Assembly: GCF_001194135.2 (NCBI RefSeq)
Contig: NC_068981.1
Span: 121,064,724 to 121,100,185 of the forward strand
Reading direction: 5' to 3'
DNA: 35,462 nt
From: Octopus bimaculoides
Lineage: Eukaryota
The notes below the pieces were generated by a model. That model did not search any database. It was not told where the DNA came from and saw only the letters and a list, made by a program, of their open reading frames with translations. Numbering within the stretch: the stretch's first letter is position 1; every line of letters starts with the position of its first letter. Made by a program: the position numbers and the translations under genes. This document shows positions 22,403-34,387 of the stretch, piece by piece.

Positions 22403-23243
22403 TCGTCAGCTCCATTAATAGTAATACTAATGAACAGAGTATGGCTACAAAACTGACAACAGGAAAAGAAGCCATCTATTTTATATGGATGATTTAAAAC
22501 TATATAAGAAAGATGATGCAGAGCTTCAAGGACTACTACATACTGTGAAAGGATTCAGTGATATCGGGATGGAGTTTGGCCTTGAAAAGTGTGCCAAAGC
22601 CACTTTTAAGAAAGGGAAACTGATAAAGTCAAGTTCAATCGAATTAGATTTGAAACAGTAATGAAGGAACGTGAGCAGGAACAAACCTATAAATACCTAG
22701 GAATAAATGAAAGATCTAGTATCCAGCATGCAAGCATGAAAGAAAAGGTTAGGAAGGAATGTTATAGAAGAATTCGAACAATCCTGAAGTCTGAGCTGAA
22801 TGCATATAATAAGGTGTTAGCCATAAATTCTTTAGCAGTTCTAGTTGTTCTTTATAGCTTCAATGTGCTTAACTGGAATACCAATGAAATAATGAAAATG
22901 GGTAGAAGAATCCACAAGCTACTGACTTGTAATAAGATGCACCATCCAAAGGCAGTCGTGGATCGTCTTTACCTTCCCAGAGCTCAGGGAGGTCGAGGCT
23001 TGATCCGGCTTGAACTTACGTACAAAACCACCACAATCGGACTGGCCAAATACCTTGAAACAACCAACGATTGGATGCTAAAACTTGTAGAAAAACATGA
23101 AAGACCGAAAAAACTTCACTCTATTCTGAAAGAGAGCAAAACATTCGCTACTGATCTCTTAAATACCCACCAGCTTGATCAGGTTGAAGGGAATGCGCCA
23201 ACCGCTGCTGCAAAGAAAATAAAATTAACTACAAAGACAAAAG
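22403..23243 (+). mobile_element. R4/Dong-clade LINE RT fragment
   Basis: SHLFYMDDLKLY (YMDD 22482-22493)...DIGMEFGLEKCAK...YKYLG...HHPKAVVDRLYLPRAQGGRGL. One frameshift near 22655. Confidence 0.92.
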
Positions 23244-23484
23244 CCCCTGTCCAATGTTTGTTCACCCGTTGTAAAATCTAAAAGACCACAATAAACAATT
23301 TAATTTAGATCGGTTGATTCTCTCAATTTCGGTACCTTATGATAAAGGTGAAGAATTCTGTCTTCTTTGTAATTCTGAACTATTTTTTATTCTTTTTTCT
23401 AAAACTCCCCTTGTAAACACGGTTATAGAGCGTGCATACCAATGTAAACATTGGCAGAAACACACCTTTAGTTCATATAATTGA
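23244..23484 (+). mobile_element. Penelope-like element endonuclease C-terminus
   Basis: NLKDHNKQFNLDRLILSISVPYDKGEEFCLLCNSELFFI...VN...E...CKH...*, matching the Naiad-type PY..CxxC..E..LN..CxH tail. Stop at 23482-23484. Confidence 0.75.
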
Positions 23485-23959
23485 TATCTATCATTATATA
23501 TAATTTAAACATTAATTTTCTTTTTACATTTCACATTCTCTAGATATATCTTTTTCCTAGAGTTTAGGGTTTTATTTAATTTACATAACGTTATGTACTT
23601 CTCATTTATTTGTTTTTGTCTTTCCTTTAACTCTCCTCTTTCTATAGACTACCTTTGACGTTATATCCTCTAACGTTTTTTTTTTTTAAACAAACTTAAT
23701 AGCGTTCAGTTAATCACTGCACATAACCACCATATTCTGTTAAAATGTCTTATTGACGAGTTCCATTGTTTTACACCATTTCATTCCTTTGGAATAATAC
23801 CAGTGATATCGTCGAAACATGTATCGAAAGTAAAAGAATTTGAATAACATTTGCGTTTAACTCCATTTATTTATATATATAATACAAAATATTTCACATA
23901 AACACGGAGTTTCTACCTTTGAAAACAAGGAGTTACATCCTTTTTACTTGTGTGATTTT

Positions 23960-24083
23960 TTGCTACCCTGGTAACTATTTATCTACTTTTTCTGTGTTAA
24001 TTGTTAACAAGGGAAAAATACACACATCTATTTATGTATATATATATATGTATATATATATATTTATATATAAATATGTATAC

Positions 24084-24140
<57 letters not shown>

Positions 24141-24176
24141 AACATATATATAAGACAGACAGACAGACAAACAGAC

Positions 24177-24234
<58 letters not shown>

Positions 24235-24240
24235 ATAAAT
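23960..24240. repeat. (TA)n/(GACA)n/(GATA)n microsatellites
   Basis: Direct reading. Confidence 0.9.
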
Positions 24241-25272
24241 ATATGCATATCTATATCTACCTAGCTGACTGCATCCTCCTCTCCTCTCTCTTTGTATATA
24301 AATACATACATACACACTCGATAATAGATAATGTAGTAGATACACTGTCTGAAAGTAAGAGATGAAGAGGTCATGCCTGTAATGCTTCTAATAATTGACC
24401 TCTTCGATTAGGTCTGTTCTAGGTTTAACCAACAGAAACAACAATACAGCAATTACGACAAACAGAAAACAATATTAAATCATTATTTTATCGGTCACCT
24501 TTAACAATTTAAACACAAAATGAAATAAAGTTGAATGTTTATTTATAGAGTAGCTGCTGCACTGTCTTGAAAATACGCCACCACCTCCTCCTTCGCCGCC
24601 TCTTCTTCCCCTTAGAAGAAAAGTAAAACACGAAAATATTCTTCCAATCAGATTTGTGTTTAAGGATTACTAAAGTTTGTTGTTTCTGCTTCAATGATTG
24701 CTTCCAATAAACTAAAAGACAAAACATTTTTTCTGCGGCTTATTTTTATCTTCAATCAAATCTTAAGATGTCTTGGCATTCTGTTAGGCAACTTTTCGAC
24801 TATAGATATAGCGGCATGTTATCATGATATTTGTCATGAAATCTGAAGTCACAAAGACAGTGGAACACTGGCTGTTTGACAGATGAATATAATATGTGTT
24901 AGCCGCCATTGTTACGACGCGGAAAATCATCGGGGATATTTTGGTTTCTTAGAATTTACCGACTGTCCAAAATAATATGCCATTCCAATACATAAAGGAA
25001 TGCAAGTTCGAGTAAAGCTACTTATATTAGGTAATATTTTTCCGGAATAAACGTTGAATATGTCTGCATCTTTATTATTACGAACCCAACGTAATAGCAG
25101 ACGACCAAAATTACTAGTTTTATGTCATGTGTTATTCATTAGTCGTTCTGAATGCTTTGATAGCAAAACTTGGACTAATGTCTTATTTCTCAGGAAATAC
25201 GCAAAAAAGTGTAGTCTTGCTTTAAATGTCTTTCTGTCTGCTATTATTTTGTGTTAGTCAGTCCTTCTAATG

Positions 25273-25525
<253 letters not shown>

Positions 25526-25888
25526 TATATTTATGACGGTCTTTCCCACCCATTTTGATGTATGAATGTGCAACTGTTGGGTCAATTGGATGACCTACTC
25601 ATTGACTGAGCGCGAGCATTCGCAGACAGAGACGTCATTTTCCCACTGAAACAACGTGACACATGTGTGACATGTTATTTGAATAACATCCTACAGGATT
25701 CAACTCATTTCCGACTGCCCAAATTCACTCTCAAGGCTTGGAGTGACCAGAAAGCTATGGGTTGCGAATCCAAATAAAACATCACGATAGTCGCAAAACG
25801 AATTTTTGCACCTCTCAGCCATGTCTGCGGTATGTATGTATGTATGTTTGTATGTATGTGGGTATGTATGTGCATATGTATACGTATA

Positions 25889-25927
<39 letters not shown>

Positions 25928-26150
25928 AATATATGAGTATATGTATATATATGTACATGTATGTAATACCTTCATCTACATGTACATATAGATACATATC
26001 TGGGTACATGACGTTGCAAAAGAACATAGACAAAATGATAAACAAGGTACAAAAAACAAGCAGGCCACATAGAGAACATATCCTTAATCAGCTGCCACCA
26101 TTAAAACACCAGCGTGAGTGTATGTGTGTGCGTGTGTGTGTGTGTGTGTG

Positions 26151-26240
26151 CGAACCGCTACGGTACGGGCAAGTAAACACACCAGCAGCGGCTGTCAAGC
26201 GATGGTGGGGGGACAAACACAAACACAAAAACACACACAC
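26151..26240 (-). mobile_element. SINE family B internal fragment
   Basis: gaaccgctacggtacgggcaagtaaacacaccagc...gtcaagcgatggtgggggacaaacac matches 29101-29180. Confidence 0.8.
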
Positions 26241-26262
26241 ACATATACACATATATATCTGT

Positions 26263-26612
26263 CTGTATGAGTTAGAGGTTAAGCAACCATCTAAGGGATA
26301 ATAAATATCCAATATACTACTGGATATATACCTACGTATTTATATCCAACTGCTTACTATTGCAGGGCAATATCGCAATTAGATACTAGGTATGAGTGGA
26401 GGTAAAAGAGACATTTACCCTGAATTTATAAGGCAAATAAGAAAATGGAGAGGATAAACAATCGACAAACATCAGCCAGTAAACATTCAATTATATCTAT
26501 TTATTAATTAATTACAATTATATGTATAAGTGATCAAAATAAACGAATGAAATAAATAAATAAACAAGTAAATAAATAGTTGAATAAAAATAAATAAACA
26601 AATAAGGATAAA
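26263..26612 (+). repeat. About 340-bp dispersed repeat, copy 2
   Basis: Direct match to 20772-21112. Confidence 0.9.
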
Positions 26613-26712
26613 TGAGTTTATACATATGATTGTAATCAAATAATAAATAGATATAATTGAATAATGTTACAGACTGTTTTTCGATTCTTTATTCTCTCCA
26701 TTTTCTTATTTG

Positions 26713-26747
<35 letters not shown>

Positions 26748-26949
26748 AATGATAGGAAATATATAAATATATGCATATATACATACATATATGTACATAC
26801 CTACATATACATGTATACATACATGTATATATGGGTAGGGGACATAAAAAACGTCAACAAAATGAGAAACGCGGACATAAAAGACAAAAACATAGAAAAC
26901 GAACAACGAAAGAAGCAAATAGAGAAACGAGACAGGCGACATAAAGAAC

Positions 26950-27015
26950 ATTCCCTTCATCAGTTGTCCCTTGTTTTATCTACTCCGCGTTTCGAAGGTA
27001 GGGACAAGACGCAAC
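26950..27015 (-). ncRNA. Permuted hammerhead-like motif, best copy
   Basis: Minus strand GUUGCGUC|UUGUCCCU-ACCUUC-GAAACGCGG-AGUAGAUAAAACA-AGGGACAA-CUGAUGA-AGGG. Intact CUGAUGA, GAAA and GUC; 8-bp stem I; 6-bp stem III. Confidence 0.55.
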
Positions 27016-27294
27016 TTCGTGAAAACAGTCCTTCCCGCAAAGCAAATTAAATAAAATTTGGGTTTTTTTGCGGAGGGTTAAAGTGGTAACAAAAACAGGA
27101 TAGTAAGAACAAAACAGTAAAAACAAACGGTGAGGGATGTTAAGCCATAACGAGGTGAAGTGGTGAACCCTGGAAAAACAAGCTTTGAGCAGAGACAGGC
27201 AAAAGCATGTCTTGTCACTAGGAAGGAAGTGGAAGAAAGGAAGATGGATAACCGTTGGTCACGTGTGAGTAACGAGAGAGTCAAGGAGGAAAAG

Positions 27295-27295
27295 T

Positions 27296-27382
<87 letters not shown>
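27295..27382. repeat. (GA)n microsatellite
   Basis: Direct reading. Confidence 0.95.
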
Positions 27383-27385
<3 letters not shown>

Positions 27386-27517
27386 AACGGTGAAGGGGAG
27401 AGGAGGAGAATAGGGAAAGGTGGGAGAGAAAGACAGAAAGGAAGAACAAGAGAGGTAGATACATAGAAAGAATAGAGAGAAATAGGGTGCGCATCGGAAT
27501 TATATATATCTATATAT

Positions 27518-27684
27518 ACGACGGGTTTCTTTCAGTTTCCCTCTACCAAATCCACTCACAATGCTTTGGTCGGCCTGAAGCTATAGTAGAAGACACTTGC
27601 CCAAGGTGTGACGCAATGGAACTGAACCCGGAACCACGTTGTTCGTAAGCAAGCTACGTACTACACAGCCACTCCTGCGCCTGT
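27518..27684 (-). mobile_element. SINE family B, 5' half
   Basis: ctttcagtttccctctaccaaatccactcac...gaagacacttgcccaagg...actgaacccggaacc...cacagccactcctgcgcc. Confidence 0.87.
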
Positions 27685-28103
27685 GATGTATACATATATT
27701 GTGAATCTCTAGGTATACATATACCTAGAGAATACGCCTATATATATGTATATATATGCATGTGTCTGTATATATATGAATATGAACATACGGAAACTTT
27801 CAGCGCTATTTTGTTGACTACTTAACCTCTTTATATGTTGATTTATTGCAATGTACTAAAAACCCCCACCTCTCGTGTATCTAACTTTAATCTTATTTTA
27901 GTATTAAACCCATCCGCCTTATCCTCGTCAATGTTCATTGCTTTTATCTATCTAAAACCATTTATCTTTTACTGTATATATATATATATATATATATGAT
28001 GTAACTTCCATCATATTATTGAATGCAAACATATCTATTTCTTTCTCTCCCTTTATGTATGCATGTATGTATGTATGTATATATGTATGTATGTATGTAT
28101 GTG

Positions 28104-28155
<52 letters not shown>

Positions 28156-28978
28156 CCTGTCTAACTATTTATATTTAAATGCTTTAAAATTCAATATATG
28201 TACTCAGTTAGCTAAACTATGAAGGACTCTAAAATTTATTCCAAATATAGAATGTCATCAGTTCACTTACGTCACTAATGTTATTATTCAAAGAATGAAC
28301 ATCACACAATCTCAACTAATCTAATTGCTCTTCACTGAAACATGAGTGTGTGCCAATTACAGAAATTAATATTATTTAGTAAGGTTATAAAATAATTTCT
28401 AATTACATTAGTGTAGTAAAAGTTTTATCGTTCAGTCTGGCAGAGACTATTGCATATATATACACACATATTCTCATAACAGCAAACGCGCGCACGCACA
28501 CACACACACATACAGGCAACCTTCATGTGGTAAAGTAATTTACTTGTAATAGCGGCGAAGTCTCTGCCAGTTCATTCTCAACGATTTTAAAAATAATAGG
28601 ATATTGAATAACGAAATACAATTTCTGAAAACATGACTTGATTAAAACTGGAATGGTTTTTTGTTATTTAAATCTGCTCGTTAGAACAGATCTTGGACAA
28701 AATAATGACAGCACCAGTAACCTATGATGATGCTGATGGTTGGCAATCGTAGTTTGAGAAAGATGGTTCTGTAGTTTCACGCAGAACAACTTGCCTGTCA
28801 ATTTACTTACAGTGATCAAATGCATGTGCTGTAAATTAGCTCACTCCCTCCATCAAATTCAAGTTGCCTGTACAGGTACGCGATGTACCGCACGTCAAAT
28901 GTCGAAGCGATTGCAGAGCAACGTAAAATGATGTGCTTCGGTCAAGAAATCAACGCATCAATCGGTCTCTAGATTATA

Positions 28979-29190
28979 ACTCTCTTTTACTTGTTTCAGG
29001 CATTTGACTGTGGCCATGCTGGAGCACCGCCTTTTAGTCGAGCAAATCGACACCGGGACTTATTCTTTGGAAGCCTAGTACTTATTCTGTCGGTCTCTTT
29101 TGCCGAACCGCTACGTTACGGGGACGTAAACACACCAGCATCGGTTGTCAAGCGATGTTGCGGGGGACAAACACAGACACACAAACATAT

Positions 29191-29235
<45 letters not shown>

Positions 29236-29399
29236 CATATATACGACGGGCTTCTTTCTGTTTCCGTCAGCCAAATCCACTCACAGGGCTTTGGTCGGCC
29301 CGAGGCTATAATAGAAGACACTTGGCCAAGGTGCCACGCAGTGGGAATGAACCCGGAACCATGTGGTTGGTAAGCAAATTACTTACCACACAGCCACTC
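28979..29399 (-). mobile_element. SINE family B, near full length
   Basis: Reverse-complement collinear with 4534-4936. Confidence 0.9.
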
Positions 29400-29517
29400 G
29401 TGTAACATCTTAACAACTATGCCATGCTTCCTCGACATAGCAACTTATAAATTGCTTACAGATAACATAGATATTAGCATTCTTCTTTTTTCTTTTTACT
29501 TGTTTGAATTATTCCGA

Positions 29518-29680
29518 TGCGACCATGTTGGGACACTGACTTGAAGGGTTTTAGTCGAAGCAATCGACCCCAATACTCCTTTTCTTGAAACTCGCTTACT
29601 TATTCTAACAGTCTCTTTACACGGAACTGCTGAGTTATGGGGACATAAACAACTACCACCAGTTGCTAAGTGGTGGTGAT
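29518..29680 (-). mobile_element. SINE family B, degenerate 3' part
   Basis: gaccatgttgggacactg...tttagtcgaagcaatcgacccc...ggggacataaac. Confidence 0.7.
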
Positions 29681-31904
29681 GGTGGTGGTGATGGTGGTGG
29701 TGGTGGTGTGTGTGTGTGTGGGGGGGGGGGTATGATAATAAAGAATGGATTATGAAATGTTTAAAAATGATGCAGTAAAAGTATTTGAACATTAGGACAA
29801 TTTTTCACTGAACTATATTGATACAAAATAGTTTTGGTCGATCGGATAGCTGTCGTATAGAAAAATAAAATATAAATAAAAGAAGTGAATAGAGAAAGTA
29901 GAAGGTGTAGGACCTATCGGTTAGAATTGGAAAAAGACAGAAAATGAGAAAGGGGAGAGCAGAGGATAAAGAATTGGCGAGAATAGAATATGTATACTGA
30001 AAATGTCGAAAATGCATGTAGCGATAAGCAGGAAAATACAAACTAGGCTTCAAGACGTGAATGAAACTAACCATGTCAAAACTTTAACAAACGAAGAGAG
30101 AAGAGAAAGAAAAAAAAAAAAAAANNNNNNNNNNAAAAAAAAAAAAAAAAAAAAATTGGTAGAAATGTTAACTGTGCGTATGCAAATTAGCTTAACGGTG
30201 AAACTGACAACTCAACGATTTAAGAATATAAAAATAAGTCATTTAAATTCTTCAATGCTGGAGGGCGAGGAAATGTTACAAAACTGCAGTCAAAAGTCAG
30301 ATTGCTTAAAGGAAATTGAAATGGTAAAACTTTTGGGAAAGAAATTCTTAGGGAAGGGAGAAAGGAAGAAAACTACAAGTTAAACATTTAAAAGTGCGTT
30401 TATAATAATTTAGTATTACAAATCTTGTAAACATTGCTTTGGGGAGTTGAAATAAAATGCCTAATTTTTCATTTTGCACAATATATAATAGAAGCTTGAA
30501 CGGTAACAATAGTAGTTGTAAGACGCCACATATTCTAAGATGCTACATTATATCTTAAATGCGGCTGGACTCGATTCTTTCAAAAATCAAGCGTATTTTG
30601 ATATACTTGGATTATTGCAGAAAGTTATATGCTATTACAAGCCTATTTTAAATTCGATATCACCTAATCAAGTGTAAGTTTCAAATACTGTGATATTGTC
30701 TGAATTTATATTTTAAATGGTTTTTCTGAAAGGAGGACTTAATCATACATCATATGAAAGGTCGTAAACTAGATGACCAACAAAAGATTCCATAGATTTT
30801 TTTTTTTTTTAGTAATAAAGGCTTAATTACATTTCATAATAATTATAGTAGAGCTAGCTTATTTGATACTACTTTCAAGTTAGATGCGAGTAAATTCTTT
30901 TATTACAGAAAACTTAATGGAAAACTATTGTATGACAATAAGAACTCTAATTATTCGGCTATCCACAAAATTTGATTTTGTAATAATAATAAACATATGT
31001 CTTAATTATTTTCCGCTTAAGCAACTCCTTTTGCGCTTTTCATTATAATGTCTTATGACGCAATAGTGACTTCCAGATAAAATTTACTATATTATCTGCT
31101 CACCACCAACACTAAAACATAAGAATAAATCTTGTAATATTCTGTAGTAAAATCCAATGTTTAGTTTATACGTAAAAACAAATATCACTAAAGTATTTCT
31201 TAATTTTCTTTCTTTTCATCTCCAGTCAAACCTTAGATATGATACGATCTTTATCAGAAGTATAATTAAAGTTAGCAATACCTGTTGTAAAGAAATGCTT
31301 GTTCTCTTTCTCCATTTCGAAAAGGCACTTCTATCGCAAAAATAAAATACCACCTCTAACCTGTTCGAAGGCATTGGTTTATTGAGCTGTGTAGCTGACA
31401 GACAAAAGCACCATATTAGAATATTACCCTGAATTGACTGAAAAAAATTTCACGCTACTCTTTTAATCAGGATATATATCACTTGAATCTTCAAGAAAAG
31501 CGGTTTCCGGCAAATTTATTCAAGTATGTTTGATTTTTGGAAGAATGAAAAAATCCAGCCCCAAGACTCACATGCATGACTTAAAAAACATCCAAATTAC
31601 AAAACTACCGTGGATGCGCTTCTAAATATATTTTGTAATGTTTTCCCAGTAGCTACCTTTCCTCCAAAAGACTAACCCCTCTGATTTGTCTTGAGCAATG
31701 AAACTTATTTCTCCTAACTTTGAAATTTTCATCTCCTCCGGCATTGAAGAATTAAAATTTGTGAATTATATCACTTTCATCGCTTGGTTAACTTGCTTAT
31801 TCACATTTTTACCTCTCTACCGATTTATGAAAAAATTGGAAGTTCCTCTTCTTATTCTCAAATTTTCGTAATTGTTCCAGAATCGAAAACTCTAAATTAA
31901 ATCT

Positions 31905-32480
31905 GATTGCAGATTTTGTCTCTCTCAACGATTTCTTTTACTGTTAAAGTCTGTCGAGCAGCAGATGGACTTTTTCTGAACTCATTTTGCTTCCTTCGTA
32001 GAACCTTCTCGAGTTATGGTTGAATGCAGTTCAACAACAATTTGTTAATTTTTGCTGCTATTGTTGTAAGGATAATCACCCGGTAATTTTTAGACATGCA
32101 AAAAACTATTCTTTGGAGAATAGGTGAAAGCAATCTACAATCCATTTTTCAATTGGGCTTCGATTGTTTACTGCATTACAAAACTGAAGGATACTGAATA
32201 CCCTTGACCATTAGAATTCTGGTGATGTATCATCAAAGCCAGTTACCTTTCTGTTTTTGGTCATTTCCAGCTCATCATTGTGTACATCTACGTTTGATGG
32301 CAAGATTCTGTTTAACAACAGTTTCTGTGAGTCTACATGAAACTACTAGAGTTACTGCGATTGTTCCAGAAATGTTCTTCCTATTTGTGTAGTTGTTTTT
32401 GCAGGCTCGTAGCTTTAAATTTTGAGTAATTTGTACTTGTGTCACTCATTTCATTGGCAATGTGTGATGTCAGTGGCGAT
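31905..32480 (-). mobile_element. RTE-clade LINE RT relic
   Basis: Minus strand ANEMS..SKFKATS..EEHF / KNRKVTGFDDTSPE..ILQFCNAV..PIEKW / NYRVIILTTIAAKINKLLLNCIQP*LEKVLRRKQNEFRK..QTLTVKEIVE. This matches the NYRGITL...AAKIYN...QNGFR pattern of RTE RT. Many lesions; not in the ORF track. Confidence 0.8.
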
Positions 32481-32569
32481 TGTTTGTTTGAAACTACAAG
32501 GAAAAATTAGATCTATTTTGGTTTTGTATATTTTTGTTGTTCAGTGTCATAAATGTAAGTGTATATAGG

Positions 32570-32750
32570 GTGGCGAACCGGTAGAATCGTTAGCACGCCA
32601 GGCAAAATGCTTTGCGGTATTTCGTCCGTCTTTACGCTATCAGTTAAAATTCCACCGAAGTTGACTTTGCTTTTCATCCTTTCATCATGAGGTCGATGTA
32701 ATCGACTTAGCTTCTCTCTCGAAATTGCTAGCCTTGTGTCTAAGTTTGAA
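32570..32750 (+). mobile_element. SINE family A with internal deletion
   Basis: gtagaatcgttagcacgccaggcaaaatgc...aaattccaccgaagttgactttgcttttcatcctttc joined to ggtcgatgtaatcgactt. Confidence 0.85.
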
Positions 32751-33923
32751 TTAATTCAGACTCTTACGGAGCTCATCGTTTGATTTTAGTTCTTATGTCG
32801 CTTTTCGATAAAAAAAAAGTGACATAATTGCTAAATGTTGAATTTGGGAAGTTGATTAATTTTCTGCATGTAGTACCTTGAAGATATAAATCACTTTGTT
32901 GTTTGCAGACCAATCATATGGAGGTCACTTTGAGGGATTTTGTTTGTTGTTCCATAAGCTCAGTCTAATTCTCGTCGATAACATAGAGATCTGCGGACTT
33001 TTTATTACTCCAGCAACATCAACGCAATGGAATTGTATCTAATATTAGCTTACACCAACAAAAGTTGTATATTCGACAAGACTCAACACAATCTGCTGCT
33101 TATTAAGACTTCAAGTTGAGAAGAATAGAGACTGTCGTAGCTGTAGAAGAGAAGAGGCGAGAACACATCTAGGCTGTAAAAGAGAAAATAGAGAGGGTGA
33201 AAGAGAGAGAGGAAGGGAGAGAGAGAGAGAAGCATCGGTGAGTGTACTGCTATTGAAATTGTGTATGAGTGCATACCAGATAAAATCCACTAAAGTTTAT
33301 AGTCTGATAACAATTCTCATTTTTGTTTTCGATTTCTTTTAACATATTTTTGTCTTCTTTTTTCTCAAATGAAATTAAATGTGTGTCTTTTCACGCAAAC
33401 AACACCGAGAAAATGTAATTTATTTCATTGCTTCTGGCGTCATTTAAATAGTAGATTTTACACATTGGAAAAGAGAGAGAAAGAGAGAGAGATGTGGGAA
33501 AGAGGAAAGGAGGAAAGAAAATCTAGGATGAAAGAGAGAAACGAATGGAGAGACAAACAAACAAGAAGGAATGGGGTGAAAGAAAGGCTGAGATACATAG
33601 ACAAGAAGACAGACAAACAAGGAGGAATATAACAGAAGATAAAGAAAAAAGGGGTAGAAGGTTGTAGAAGGGGGTTTGAAAAGCATGTATGGAGAGAATA
33701 AAAACGAGAGAAATACATTAACGATAGAAAAATTTTGAAAAAATGGGTGTAACGGGATAATAGAGGGACAAGAAGAAAGGCAAAAATAGATTCAGGGGAG
33801 AAGTGGTATGATAAGTATAAAAACATGATGAGGCTGATGGATATGTGAAAAAAGAATTGGTAACATATTAATAAACAGATAGATAAATAGTTAAACAGAG
33901 AATTAACACACACACACACACTT

Positions 33924-33957
<34 letters not shown>

Positions 33958-33958
33958 G

Positions 33959-34208
33959 ACGGGGAGGTAAGCAAACCAACACCGGTCGTCAAGTGGTGGT
34001 GGAGGGCAAACACAGATAGAGCGACACGCACCTCCACGGGCTTCTTTCAGTTGCCGTTCATCAAATCCACTCACATGGTCTTGGTCGGCCCGAGGTTATA
34101 GTAAAAGACACTTGACCAAGGTGACACGCAGTGGGACTGAACCTAGAGCCATGTGATTGGGAAGCAAGCAAACTTCTTACCACACAACCACACAACCACT
34201 CTTGCGCC

Positions 34209-34211
<3 letters not shown>
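33959..34211 (-). mobile_element. SINE family B, 5' two-thirds
   Basis: cgggcttctttcagtt...aaatccactcac...gacacttgaccaagg...gtgggactgaacc...cttaccacacaaccac...ttgcgcctata. Confidence 0.87.
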
Positions 34212-34267
<56 letters not shown>

Positions 34268-34353
34268 ATATTTATCAATATATATATGCATATATTGGCA
34301 CATATATATATAAACACACACACACACACACACATACATATACATACATACAA

Positions 34354-34387
<34 letters not shown>

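Noticed and set aside
23750-23830. UUGACGA...GUCGAAACAUGUA downstream of the PLE tail
   Set aside because: Position and palindromic ACAUGU fit a pLTR hammerhead relic, but the core and stems I/II are too decayed to call.
24560-24680. Pro-rich short frame (ENTPPPPPSPPLLP)
   Set aside because: Arises from a CCT/CCA low-complexity tract; about 40 codons, no support.
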